Source: Prochlorococcus marinus subsp. pastoris str. CCMP1986 (lineage in GTDB: Bacteria; Cyanobacteriota; Cyanobacteriia; PCC-6307; Cyanobiaceae). From it: a stretch of 32,000 nt of DNA. Both the position numbers and the translations under genes were made by a program. Under the pieces are notes generated by a model that saw nothing but the letters and a program-made list of their open reading frames with translations, had not been told where the DNA came from and searched no databases. Position 1 is the stretch's first letter. Each line of letters begins with the position of its first letter. The stretch lies in assembly GCF_000011465.1 (NCBI RefSeq), contig NC_005072.1, forward strand, positions 360,001 to 392,000, in the 5' to 3' direction. Below, piece after piece: positions 1 to 8,220 of the stretch.

Positions 1-18
1 TTAGATCGACTGTCAATA

Positions 19-486
19 TCAAATCCCTAGCTCTGTGAGTCCAGGAAAATCTTTTGGACGGGGTCCATCTCCCCATGTAAAAAGACAATCTTTTTTATCT
101 ATAGAAATATCATTTATGCTCGCCTCTCTTCTACTCATTAAACCTGTTTCAGAAAATTCCCAATTTTCATTACCATATGCACGAAAATAATTAAATTCTG
201 GATCGTGCCATTCATATTGAAAACGTACAGAAATTCTATTTTTATCATAAGCCCATAATTCTTTGATAAGTTTATAGTCAATTTCCTTGATCCATTTGCG
301 TTTTAAAAACTCTATAATTTCTTCTCTTCCTTTAATAAATTCGCTTCTATTTCGCCAAAAACTATCTTCTGTATAAGCATGTGATACTGTTACAGGATCT
401 TTTGTATTCCATGCATTTTCAGCTAATCTTACTTTTTTAATAGCTGTTTCAAAATTGAACGGAGGAATAGGTGGTTTTATTGACAT
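19..486 (-). CDS. NTF2-like / DUF1348-type nuclear transport factor 2 family protein
   Basis: Intact 155-aa ORF; sequence features [25 protein letters not shown]...[13 protein letters not shown]...[21 protein letters not shown] typical of DUF1348 proteins. Confidence 0.8.
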   Translation of the reverse strand: MSIKPPIPPFNFETAIKKVRLAENAWNTKDPVTVSHAYTEDSFWRNRSEFIKGREEIIEFLKRKWIKEIDYKLIKELWAYDKNRISVRFQYEWHDPEFNYFRAYGNENWEFSETGLMSRREASINDISIDKKDCLFTWGDGPRPKDFPGLTELGI

Positions 487-640
487 TTAATATTTAATAA
501 ATTTACTTACTTAATAATATTTAGAAAAAACATCAATCGCCCCTATTTTTATATTGAAAATTTAAGAAACTTTTTTCTTTATAAGTTATTTTTAATTTGA
601 AAAAAATATTTGCATAATTTCTTACAACTGGTAATTTTAG

Positions 641-871
641 TTGACTTGGATAACTCAAATGCAAGATCAAAGAATTGAAAAGATAGCAGCAGTCACAGTA
701 AACATAACTAAGGTTCTGGCAATAATTTATTTTGGCTTAGTAGAAGTATTTAAAATAGGCAAATTAACTAGAAAGATATTAGTTACTGAATCTAATAATT
801 CTCAAAAATGGGCTTCAAAAACTTATTCAATTTTAAAAATACGACAAGCTAGACAAAAACTAGCAGCATAA
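641..871 (+). CDS. hypothetical small protein with hydrophobic segment
   Basis: 76-aa ORF with central hydrophobic stretch VTKVLAIIYFGLVEVF. Confidence 0.45.
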   Translation: MTWITQMQDQRIEKIAAVTVNITKVLAIIYFGLVEVFKIGKLTRKILVTESNNSQKWASKTYSILKIRQARQKLAA

Positions 872-885
872 AAAATTAGTTATTT

Positions 886-1050
886 TTAAGCCGCATTATA
901 TTCATCCCTATCTTCAAGCTCTCTCATAAATCTTTTATCTCCTATAAAATATTTTTTTATATTTAACTTTTCAGCTTCCTTTGCACTTGAAGGCATCTTT
1001 AGCCATTCAATAGGTATATCTTTTTTATATTTTATTTCATCATTTTCCAC
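886..1050 (-). CDS. hypothetical small protein (54 aa), GTG start
   Basis: Read by eye from sequence: (V/M)ENDEIKYKKDIPIEWLKMPSSAKEAEKLNIKKYFIGDKRFMRELEDRDEYNAA*; absent from the ORF track, low coding certainty. Confidence 0.35.
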   Translation of the reverse strand: MENDEIKYKKDIPIEWLKMPSSAKEAEKLNIKKYFIGDKRFMRELEDRDEYNAA

Positions 1051-1090
1051 TAATAAAAATTTTGGTTTGTTTTAAATGACTGTTTTAAAG

Positions 1091-1597
1091 TTAATTACGT
1101 TTCCTCATTTGTTCAAACATTGTTAGGTATTGAAGAGGAAATACATCCGCTAAGTTTTCAATCCTTTCATCATCTAACTCAACCCCTTCGGGCAGTTTTT
1201 TTATTAATTTTGGAATAGCCAATTTTGTAGCATCTTTACAAAAATTGATTCTATATACTGACTCTTTTTGAATGGTCTCTTTAATTGACCCATCTTTTTC
1301 AAAAATAGAATTTATATCGAGATTGTTTCCCTTCAAGAGAGCAATCAATACGCCATCAGCAATCCTAAGTGCTTCTTTTGAATCTTTTCCATTTTTAATC
1401 CCAAATACCCATGTGCAAGCACCTACTCCAAAAGCTCTTGCAATACATTCATCATTACCTATTTCATCACAAGGCAATTTGAATGAATCCTCAATTTTCT
1501 TTAAGTCATAACCTTTTTCTCCCTCTGGAAAACCAGCAGAAGTTTTAATTGGAGAAATTAAACTTATTAATAGTGATAGAAGAAATAATTTTTTCAT
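1091..1597 (-). CDS. hypothetical exported protein (cysteine-containing)
   Basis: 168-aa ORF with signal peptide-like N-terminus MKKLFLLSLLISLISPIKTSAG. Confidence 0.6.
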   Translation of the reverse strand: MKKLFLLSLLISLISPIKTSAGFPEGEKGYDLKKIEDSFKLPCDEIGNDECIARAFGVGACTWVFGIKNGKDSKEALRIADGVLIALLKGNNLDINSIFEKDGSIKETIQKESVYRINFCKDATKLAIPKLIKKLPEGVELDDERIENLADVFPLQYLTMFEQMRKRN

Positions 1598-1661
1598 TTG
1601 GTAGAAGGATTTAAAAATAATTTGTTTTCTGATTTAACATTTAATTGTTTATGATCTCAGT

Positions 1662-1853
1662 ATGACTTTAAGTTCTTACAGAATGCATAGAATTTATCTG
1701 GCAGCGACCATGGGCTATGGCCTCGGTTCTGATGATCCTGAGGAAGTTGCATACTACAAGAAATTAAGGAAAGAAATGGATGAAATGAAGAAGGATGTGG
1801 TTAAAAAAGGTATCCCACTTACATGGGATATCCCAGATGGAATGGATAAATGA
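1662..1853 (+). CDS. hypothetical protein
   Basis: 63-aa ORF; start could be the internal Met of MHRIYLAATMGYGLGSDD. Confidence 0.5.
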   Translation: MTLSSYRMHRIYLAATMGYGLGSDDPEEVAYYKKLRKEMDEMKKDVVKKGIPLTWDIPDGMDK

Positions 1854-1945
1854 ATCTGAATACTTTTTTATTAATTGATGGGAGTCTTATGCTTATTGGA
1901 TTTCCTTTACTGATGATCCTCAAAGGCAAAAAGAGGACTCCCTAA
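1850..1945 (+). CDS. candidate hydrophobic microprotein (31 aa) overlapping the preceding stop
   Basis: ATG at 1850 overlaps TGA at 1851-1853 (ATGA); encodes MNLNTFLLIDGSLMLIGFPLLMILKGKKRTP*. Confidence 0.35.
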   Translation: MNLNTFLLIDGSLMLIGFPLLMILKGKKRTP

Positions 1946-1950
1946 TTCAA

Positions 1951-2733
1951 TTATTTAACAGCGAAAGTTACTCCCATTACGGCAGTAATATCTTTCTTTA
2001 TAGTAGACGTGTCATAAGATCCCCAGCTGCTTACACTTGTGGAATTAGGAACTGTTATCTGAAAAACTCCAGTATTAACTCTTTTCAAACCACCTACTTC
2101 AGAACCTGCCTGTAAAGCAATTGCCTCGGCTCTTACTCTTGCATCTTTCGCTGCCTTAGCGAGCATATCAACTCTTTTATCAGCAAGTTTTGAATAGGTA
2201 AATTCAGGACGACTTGGTTTTACTCTTACACCTTTACCAAGCAATTCTGTTATCTGACTATGAGTCTTCTGGATGTTATAAACATCCCTACTCTCAATCT
2301 CAATATTCTGATAAGTGATCCATTCAGTTCTAATGATTTCATTAGTCTTTGGATGCTTAGTTTTATATTCACTAATACTTGCAGGACCAAGATAAACGTC
2401 TTGCTTCACGCTGTCCTTAATTCCATTGGCGTTAAGAAATTCCATTGTCTTGTTTATAGACTGTTTATGCTTGGTAAATGAGTCAATCTGAGTTTTACCT
2501 GAGGTCTTTACCTGGACAGACCATTTTGCTATATCACTTTCAAAACTCTCAGTACTAGCACCAGTAACAGTAATCGTATTCTCCACAGTCCTGAACCCTC
2601 TGACAAGAACAGTGGATGCACCTATAAAACCCCCAAGAGACAAAACTGCCATTGCAAATACGAGTGGCGGGGTACGGCGAATAATACTCAGAGAATCGCC
2701 TGGAAGCGACCTGAGATATTTAATGATTTTCAT
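1951..2733 (-). CDS. SIMPL domain-containing (DUF541) exported/membrane-anchored protein
   Basis: 260 aa; N-terminal TM segment, ITVTGASTESFESDIAKWSVQVKT and C-terminal ...ITAVMGVTFAVK typical of SIMPL family. Confidence 0.85.
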   Translation of the reverse strand: MKIIKYLRSLPGDSLSIIRRTPPLVFAMAVLSLGGFIGASTVLVRGFRTVENTITVTGASTESFESDIAKWSVQVKTSGKTQIDSFTKHKQSINKTMEFLNANGIKDSVKQDVYLGPASISEYKTKHPKTNEIIRTEWITYQNIEIESRDVYNIQKTHSQITELLGKGVRVKPSRPEFTYSKLADKRVDMLAKAAKDARVRAEAIALQAGSEVGGLKRVNTGVFQITVPNSTSVSSWGSYDTSTIKKDITAVMGVTFAVK

Positions 2734-3006
2734 TTTTATAAGTATGTGTGTAGGAACTTTTTAACAGCTGAACCGAAAGGAAAATATTTTTAAAAACCCT
2801 GATCTCAAATCCTTCAGTTCTATTTGGCCATTAAGGGAAACATCTTAAGTTGATGTGCCAATTTTGGAGTCGGTTACTAATATTGCCAAATGAAATAATG
2901 ATACGCAAGAAGTATATTTGTATTATGAATAAAGGTAATTAGAATTAATTACATAAATAATATTTTTACTGATGAAGAGTTAATAGATTTAGTCTCTAAA
3001 ATTTAT

Positions 3007-5496
3007 CTAAATTTCAAATTCTTCTCTTGAAATTACAGTGTCGAAAAGTCCAACTTCATCATGAGTATTTTTTGTTAGACCGATATAACTAAGGCTCGAG
3101 TCCTCATATCTTTTGAAATTATAAATAGCATCATTCATCAAACTACTATTAAAGACATTTAGGCTAATAAGTAAATCAAAATCTTTGAGACTAAGACCAG
3201 TAACCTTTTTAAAAAGTCCTGGCTCTAATTGTGTAATTACATCTTTTAAAGACCTTTCTCTGTAATCAGTTAAATACATGAATATTGGAATTCTGGTAGC
3301 AAACTTGATAAGTTGCTTTTGAATTTTTTTTCTTAGATTGATAAATTCTTTTTCCTGTTCTGTTAGTTGTTTTTTTTCTTTTTTATTTAATTCCTCCTCA
3401 TTAGCTTTTGTTTTTAAATTTTTTATTGATTCTGAGGAATTGATTATCGAAGTTATATCCTCATTTAGACTCCTAAATCCTTCAATAGCTTGTAAGGCTT
3501 TCATTGCTTCATCGTTACCCATAAGCCTTTCTAAAGTTGAATTATCTACGTTAACTAGAAGCGCACTTTCCCAACGACGAGCTAAAAGAGTAGCGGTTGT
3601 TCCGCTTATTGTCATGTCCAAAATTGATGTAGCATCTACCTCAATCATTGAGCTACCGTCATAAGATAAAACTGGTAAGAATTTTATAAACTCACCAACT
3701 TTTTTTTCAGGATCATTTTCTTGATAATTCAAGTTACAACTATAGTCTGAAATCTGAGTTAGAGCTCTGTTAGGAGCAAAATCAAATACATAACAATTAT
3801 GCTTTAGGACGTCTTTCTCATTAGGCGATTTACTATCTGGATTTTCTATTTCCCATGGTGTTTGAACTCTGAAGGCAGATTGAAAATATGTTTCGGGACT
3901 TGATATATTTCTAAGCATGAATATCCCACTCCAGGGTTTAACAGAGACACCAGTTGTTAATTTTCCGCAAGAAAGTGTTATTGATTTTGACTCAAGTGGA
4001 TTATCCATAGCATCCCTTACAGGCCATAAGGCTTTCAGACCAAGACCTGCTTTATTACCTGCAGCAACAATAATTTTATAACTATGAAAAAAAGTATTTT
4101 GTCTCTCTTGAAGTAAATTTCTCATCGCAAAACACGATGAAACATTTGGTAGGTACCAAAAAGTATGGCTAAGTAGTGATAATAATCTACTATCACTAAA
4201 AGGATAGGGTGGTTTCTTATCTTTTAATTTTAAAGTTGTTTTAATTTCTTCTAAATTTTGACCTCTAATAAGATCTAACCATTTTTGTACTTCATCTTTA
4301 TAAATAAATTCAGAAGCATCGTCCTCATATTTTGCAGAGAAGAAGGTATTGAGATCAAATTCATCAAATTCCCCCTCATTTGCAACTTCTAAAATATAAT
4401 CCGGCACTTTATAAGTCATTAAAATCATTCTTGGTAATGATGAATATGGATTTTTATCACCTACCCAATTATTTTTTGCATTTTGTTCATCTGAATAGGT
4501 CCAATTAAAAATTTGTTCTTCAATGAATTCTCCAGTTGATATTGCTCTGAAAGGCGTTCCTGAAAGATATAAATAAAAATTTGTTGAGATTGGCATATTT
4601 TCCTCTTTAAAAAAAGATATACCTTCACCCTCTTGCAGCTTTATTTCTTTATTTTCTTCCCCCTCAAATAGCTCTTTCGCTCTTTCTCTCCACGCCCCAT
4701 AATGATATTCATCTAGTATTACGCAATCCCATTTTATGGTGTGAACCCATTCATTTTTTGGTTTAATTCCCCCTGCATTGTTTTTTCCAAGAAAATCTTG
4801 AAATGATCCAAAACAAACAAAAGGTTTACTTTTATCAGCTTCTCCAAATGACATCCCATTTCTGTTTATAAATTGCCAACCTTCAAAATCAATATGTGTA
4901 AGTAAATCCTCTTCCCACGCACTTTGAACTGCTGGTTTAAAAGTTAAGACAAGCACTTTCGTCCATTTCATTTCTAAAGCCAACTTATAAGCTGCAAAAG
5001 TTTTACCAAATCTCATTTTTGCGTTCCATAAGAAATGGGGAACTTTATTAGATTTTTCCTTTATGAAACCATTTATATAATTTTTTGTTTTCTCTATCGC
5101 TTCTTTTTGTTCTGGACGAAGTCCAAAATTATTTGGCCTGCCCTCTACTCCAATATCTCCAAAAGCAACTAGATCTATAGCAGCATTCACATCAGTTACT
5201 TTGCAGCGGAACCACTCACCGGCTGGATTAGGAAAACCTTTAGCTCTTAAAATTTTATGAACATCTTTATCAATAAAAGAAGTCCCATCTTTCCTAATAG
5301 CACTTCTATCTAAATGAATAGTATATGTTTCTTCTCCGGGAGTAATTATGGGATACTGTGCTTCAACTCTTTGCTTAACAGTATTTTTAGATGTGAATCC
5401 TACTTTTAATAAACCTTGATATTGCGGATGTGAATCAGAATAAGCATATATCTTGGGATTCCCTTCATACCTTTTATAGAAAAAGTCTTTAGCCAT
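3007..5496 (-). CDS. GIY-YIG/T5orf172-like nuclease domain fused to SF2 (ResIII-like) DEAD/DEAH-box helicase; restriction-type protein
   Basis: N-terminus PKIYAYSDSHPQYQGLLKVGFTSKNTVKQRV...PNPAGEWFRC (GIY-YIG-like Y/Y, R, E pattern); helicase motifs AKMRFGKT (I), DCVILDEYHYG (II), YLSGTPFRA (III), QSAFRVQTPWE (VI). Confidence 0.85.
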   Translation of the reverse strand: MAKDFFYKRYEGNPKIYAYSDSHPQYQGLLKVGFTSKNTVKQRVEAQYPIITPGEETYTIHLDRSAIRKDGTSFIDKDVHKILRAKGFPNPAGEWFRCKVTDVNAAIDLVAFGDIGVEGRPNNFGLRPEQKEAIEKTKNYINGFIKEKSNKVPHFLWNAKMRFGKTFAAYKLALEMKWTKVLVLTFKPAVQSAWEEDLLTHIDFEGWQFINRNGMSFGEADKSKPFVCFGSFQDFLGKNNAGGIKPKNEWVHTIKWDCVILDEYHYGAWRERAKELFEGEENKEIKLQEGEGISFFKEENMPISTNFYLYLSGTPFRAISTGEFIEEQIFNWTYSDEQNAKNNWVGDKNPYSSLPRMILMTYKVPDYILEVANEGEFDEFDLNTFFSAKYEDDASEFIYKDEVQKWLDLIRGQNLEEIKTTLKLKDKKPPYPFSDSRLLSLLSHTFWYLPNVSSCFAMRNLLQERQNTFFHSYKIIVAAGNKAGLGLKALWPVRDAMDNPLESKSITLSCGKLTTGVSVKPWSGIFMLRNISSPETYFQSAFRVQTPWEIENPDSKSPNEKDVLKHNCYVFDFAPNRALTQISDYSCNLNYQENDPEKKVGEFIKFLPVLSYDGSSMIEVDATSILDMTISGTTATLLARRWESALLVNVDNSTLERLMGNDEAMKALQAIEGFRSLNEDITSIINSSESIKNLKTKANEEELNKKEKKQLTEQEKEFINLRKKIQKQLIKFATRIPIFMYLTDYRERSLKDVITQLEPGLFKKVTGLSLKDFDLLISLNVFNSSLMNDAIYNFKRYEDSSLSYIGLTKNTHDEVGLFDTVISREEFEI

Positions 5497-5497
5497 A

Positions 5498-6988
5498 TTA
5501 TTCCATTTTCATAATGGTCTTTTCAATAAAATTTATTTCCTCACTATCTAGTTCATACTTTGAATAAAGCTCGTTATCAGAGTACTTTTTATTCCAATTA
5601 AGTTTTGGTACAAATGCAAATCTTCCTTTTGTTATATGTTGAGAAACAGTCATCTGAGCAATTAGAAATCTAGTAAATTTAAGTTTTAGAAATGCTTCTA
5701 AATTCTCAGCCATTTCTTGGTTATCAAAAGTATCTATAACTAAATAAGTTTCAGTACATACTGTATTTGGAGGTGCTAAAAATAATTTTGCTAAAACCTT
5801 TCTCTCCCCATTTTTATTTGGTTGTCCAGCATGATCATAGGAAATGTTAGAGGTTAAGACTTTCCATTTTGGTATTAATTCTTTATTGTTAAGCACCTCA
5901 CCTGAAGATATTTTGCCCTCACCTTTACTTGTTATGAGATTTAAGTCTCCCGTCTCTTTTGCTTTCACTGTTGTTGTCAAACCAAATGCTGCTCGACTAC
6001 TAACGACAGAATCCAAAGTTAATTCATTTTTGGTTCTGATTTTTTTAATTATGTTTGAAGCTATTCCAAACCTTATAAAGGTGTCGAATTCATTTAATTT
6101 TCTATAAGAAATTTGTTTCTCATCTCTCCAGTTATTTATTACTTCAGTTAAGCCTTCATAATCTCTTTGCCAATGAAAATAGCAAACCCCACCTGCTATA
6201 TCAACTCCTGGAAAACAATCTTTTGCTTCAGGATAATCAACAATTTTTTTTATTCTTTTATCATTCAACATTTCATTTCTGAATTCGTCTAATCCTTTAC
6301 CCCCTGCATACCACCTTGATGGAATAATCATTAATAAATGTCTAGGATTTAATTTCTTCGCCTGTTCAATAAACCTATTGTAAATTGGTTTAGCACTCTT
6401 ACCAAAACCACTATCAGATATTTGATAAGGGGGATTGCCAATAACTACATCAAATTTCATATCAAAAAATAAATTAGGATTATCTTTATGAATGAATGGG
6501 TAAGCATATGTTTCTAACTCATCATTCCTATTGTAGGCATCCTGCGGGGCTCCACAATATTTACATCGTGAATTTACCCATAAATGATTTGATCGACTAT
6601 AAAAAATATTTCCACTCTCATTTACTGATGCATCAAAAAGAGAATATTTGCTATCAGCTTTTTTGGAACAGTACAAAGTCCTCCTACCCATGAGGCTTGT
6701 TAGTTCAGTTGTCGCGATTCCAAAAACTTGATTTTTAAAAATATTCTCAATACGTTTCGTCTTCTCAGGTAATGTATTTACTAATTGCTTATCTAATCTT
6801 TTAGCTATTTCCCTTAAAAATATTCCTGATTTCAAGCATGGGTCTATAAACGTAGAAGTTTTATCCTCAAAAATTTCTTTTGGCAAACTGTCCAAGATTT
6901 CATTGGCTAATGATGGAGTGGTAAAGACTTCATCGCTACTCAAATTAGCTAAACAATTTAGTACATCAGGATTATGTCTCTTTTTCAT
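5498..6988 (-). CDS. Eco57I-type restriction-modification N6-adenine DNA methyltransferase
   Basis: SAM-binding motif I TFIDPCLKSGIFLREIAK, catalytic motif IV DVVIGNPPYQ, C-terminal TRD-like region. Confidence 0.9.
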   Translation of the reverse strand: MKKRHNPDVLNCLANLSSDEVFTTPSLANEILDSLPKEIFEDKTSTFIDPCLKSGIFLREIAKRLDKQLVNTLPEKTKRIENIFKNQVFGIATTELTSLMGRRTLYCSKKADSKYSLFDASVNESGNIFYSRSNHLWVNSRCKYCGAPQDAYNRNDELETYAYPFIHKDNPNLFFDMKFDVVIGNPPYQISDSGFGKSAKPIYNRFIEQAKKLNPRHLLMIIPSRWYAGGKGLDEFRNEMLNDKRIKKIVDYPEAKDCFPGVDIAGGVCYFHWQRDYEGLTEVINNWRDEKQISYRKLNEFDTFIRFGIASNIIKKIRTKNELTLDSVVSSRAAFGLTTTVKAKETGDLNLITSKGEGKISSGEVLNNKELIPKWKVLTSNISYDHAGQPNKNGERKVLAKLFLAPPNTVCTETYLVIDTFDNQEMAENLEAFLKLKFTRFLIAQMTVSQHITKGRFAFVPKLNWNKKYSDNELYSKYELDSEEINFIEKTIMKME

Positions 6989-7616
6989 TTTTATTAATCT
7001 TCAGGAAATGAATTAAATCAAACTCAGCAATAGGCTCTGGTATAAAAGCTAATTCACCAAGATCTGAAAACAATGGCAATGCATTTAGTTCTTCATTATT
7101 AATGATTGATTTGAAAGAATAGTCAAGTCGTTTCACTTTATATTTGGATATTAAACTCCATTTTGAAAAAATAATAGGTGTATCACTTGAAGGGAGCTTT
7201 AAAGTCAATGCATCCCCCCAAGTAATATTTTTTGATAAAAGAAATTTAATTACTCCAAAGAAATCAGTATCTTCTTTGTATTTATTCTCGTAAAATTTTT
7301 TTATTTTTTTAAAAAGTCTTAATTGACATTTAGAAACATTTTCCTTCTGGATATCAATACCATAAAGGGATGAGACAGCAAGAAATATATCTATTTGATA
7401 ATTTAATTTTATTGATTTATTTAACAATGAAATTGACTTAAGCTTTCTATCAAGTACTTCTATTAAAAAATTGCCATCGCCACATGCAGGCTCTAAAAAA
7501 GTAGAATCTAATCTTCTTGTTTCTTCATCAACAATATCCAGCATTCCATTAACTTCGTTTGATGAAGTGAAAACTTCTCCATATTTTTCAATTTTTGTTT
7601 TAATATTCTTAATCAT
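6972..7616 (-). CDS. short SAM-dependent DNA methyltransferase-like protein (motifs I-III only)
   Basis: TFLEPACGDGNFLIEVLDRKL (motif I), GIDIQKENVSKCQLRL (motif II region), ITWGDALTL; no N/D-PP-Y/F motif; overlaps downstream MTase gene by 17 nt. Confidence 0.8.
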   Translation of the reverse strand: MIKNIKTKIEKYGEVFTSSNEVNGMLDIVDEETRRLDSTFLEPACGDGNFLIEVLDRKLKSISLLNKSIKLNYQIDIFLAVSSLYGIDIQKENVSKCQLRLFKKIKKFYENKYKEDTDFFGVIKFLLSKNITWGDALTLKLPSSDTPIIFSKWSLISKYKVKRLDYSFKSIINNEELNALPLFSDLGELAFIPEPIAEFDLIHFLKINKNEKET

Positions 7617-7701
7617 TCCGTAATTCTAAAATTTCGAAAAATTTATACAACTAAGTTTTTAAAAATATTACCTTTATCTACATACTATAAAAATTTAAAA
7701 T

Positions 7702-7723
7702 GTGGGAAAAACGTGGGCAAAAG
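7702..7723 (+). repeat. tandem ~11-bp direct repeat GTGGGAAAAAC/GTGGGCAAAAG (possible recombinase arm-type sites)
   Basis: GTGGGAAAAAC at 7702-7712 followed immediately by GTGGGCAAAAG at 7713-7723. Confidence 0.4.
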
Positions 7724-7823
7724 TCAACCTCTAGTGAACATTTACGAACAATACAAAACACTAGCATATCGCTACTAATAAGGTTATGACTAATAATTCT
7801 AGTTATAGCTTATTTTGCACGGT

Positions 7824-7868
7824 TGCTTTGGGAGCACTAGGTCGCAGGTTCCAATCCTTTAGCCCTGA
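7824..7868 (+). pseudogene. partial tRNA-Pro(UGG) copy (anticodon arm to acceptor 3' end), candidate attachment-site remnant
   Basis: TGCTTTGGGAGCAC TAGGTCGCAGGTTCCAATCCTTTAGCCCTGAC matches the anticodon arm (TTTGGGA loop), T-arm and 3' acceptor region expected for a bacterial tRNA-Pro(TGG), with mismatches; no 5' half present. Confidence 0.65.
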
Positions 7869-8001
7869 CTCTAGAAATCCAAGTTATAAAAAAGCTTCCT
7901 TAGACTCACTTTTTTTAGATAATTATGATGAAATACGTTTCCATCATAATCCCAAAAAAAATGGAATCTCTATTTTTTTTTGATAACCATTAACACTATT
8001 T

Positions 8002-8220
8002 TTAATTGTTGTAATTTTGCATCATCGTATCCCGAAATTTCCTTTCGATGGGTAAGGTTTGAGAGGTTCTTTTGTTTGCAGAACCTAGTCCTTCGTTATA
8101 AACATATAAAAGTTTGGTCCTACCGCTATTTTCGCCATTCACTCTAAATCCACGACCAAAATTAGTGCAGATATTTTTTCTTAATTCTTTTTCCCAAGAA
8201 GTGCTGTTAGCACTAGTCAT
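8002..8220 (-). pseudogene. possible N-terminal remnant of a tyrosine recombinase/integrase
   Basis: 72-aa ORF NFGRGFRVNGENSGRTKLLYVYNEGLGSANKRTSQTLPIERK resembles an arm-binding N-terminal domain; no catalytic core follows; located next to a tRNA fragment and tRNA genes. Confidence 0.4.

Noticed and set aside
1272-1511. Antisense ORFs in the supplied track (e.g. 1272-1511, 2260-2481, 3338-3664, 5844-6107, 6496-6693, 11105-11338, 15423-15662, 15916-16230, 24602-24862, 26475-26693, 27522-27725, 29529-29729)
   Set aside because: All lie opposite or out of frame within well-supported genes and show no recognisable protein features.
7786-7983. 65-aa ORF MTNNSSYSLFCTVALGALGRRFQSFS... on + strand
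   Set aside because: It reads straight through the tRNA-Pro fragment (TTTGGGAGCA...GGTTCCAATCC), so it is most likely a chance ORF over an att scar rather than a real gene.
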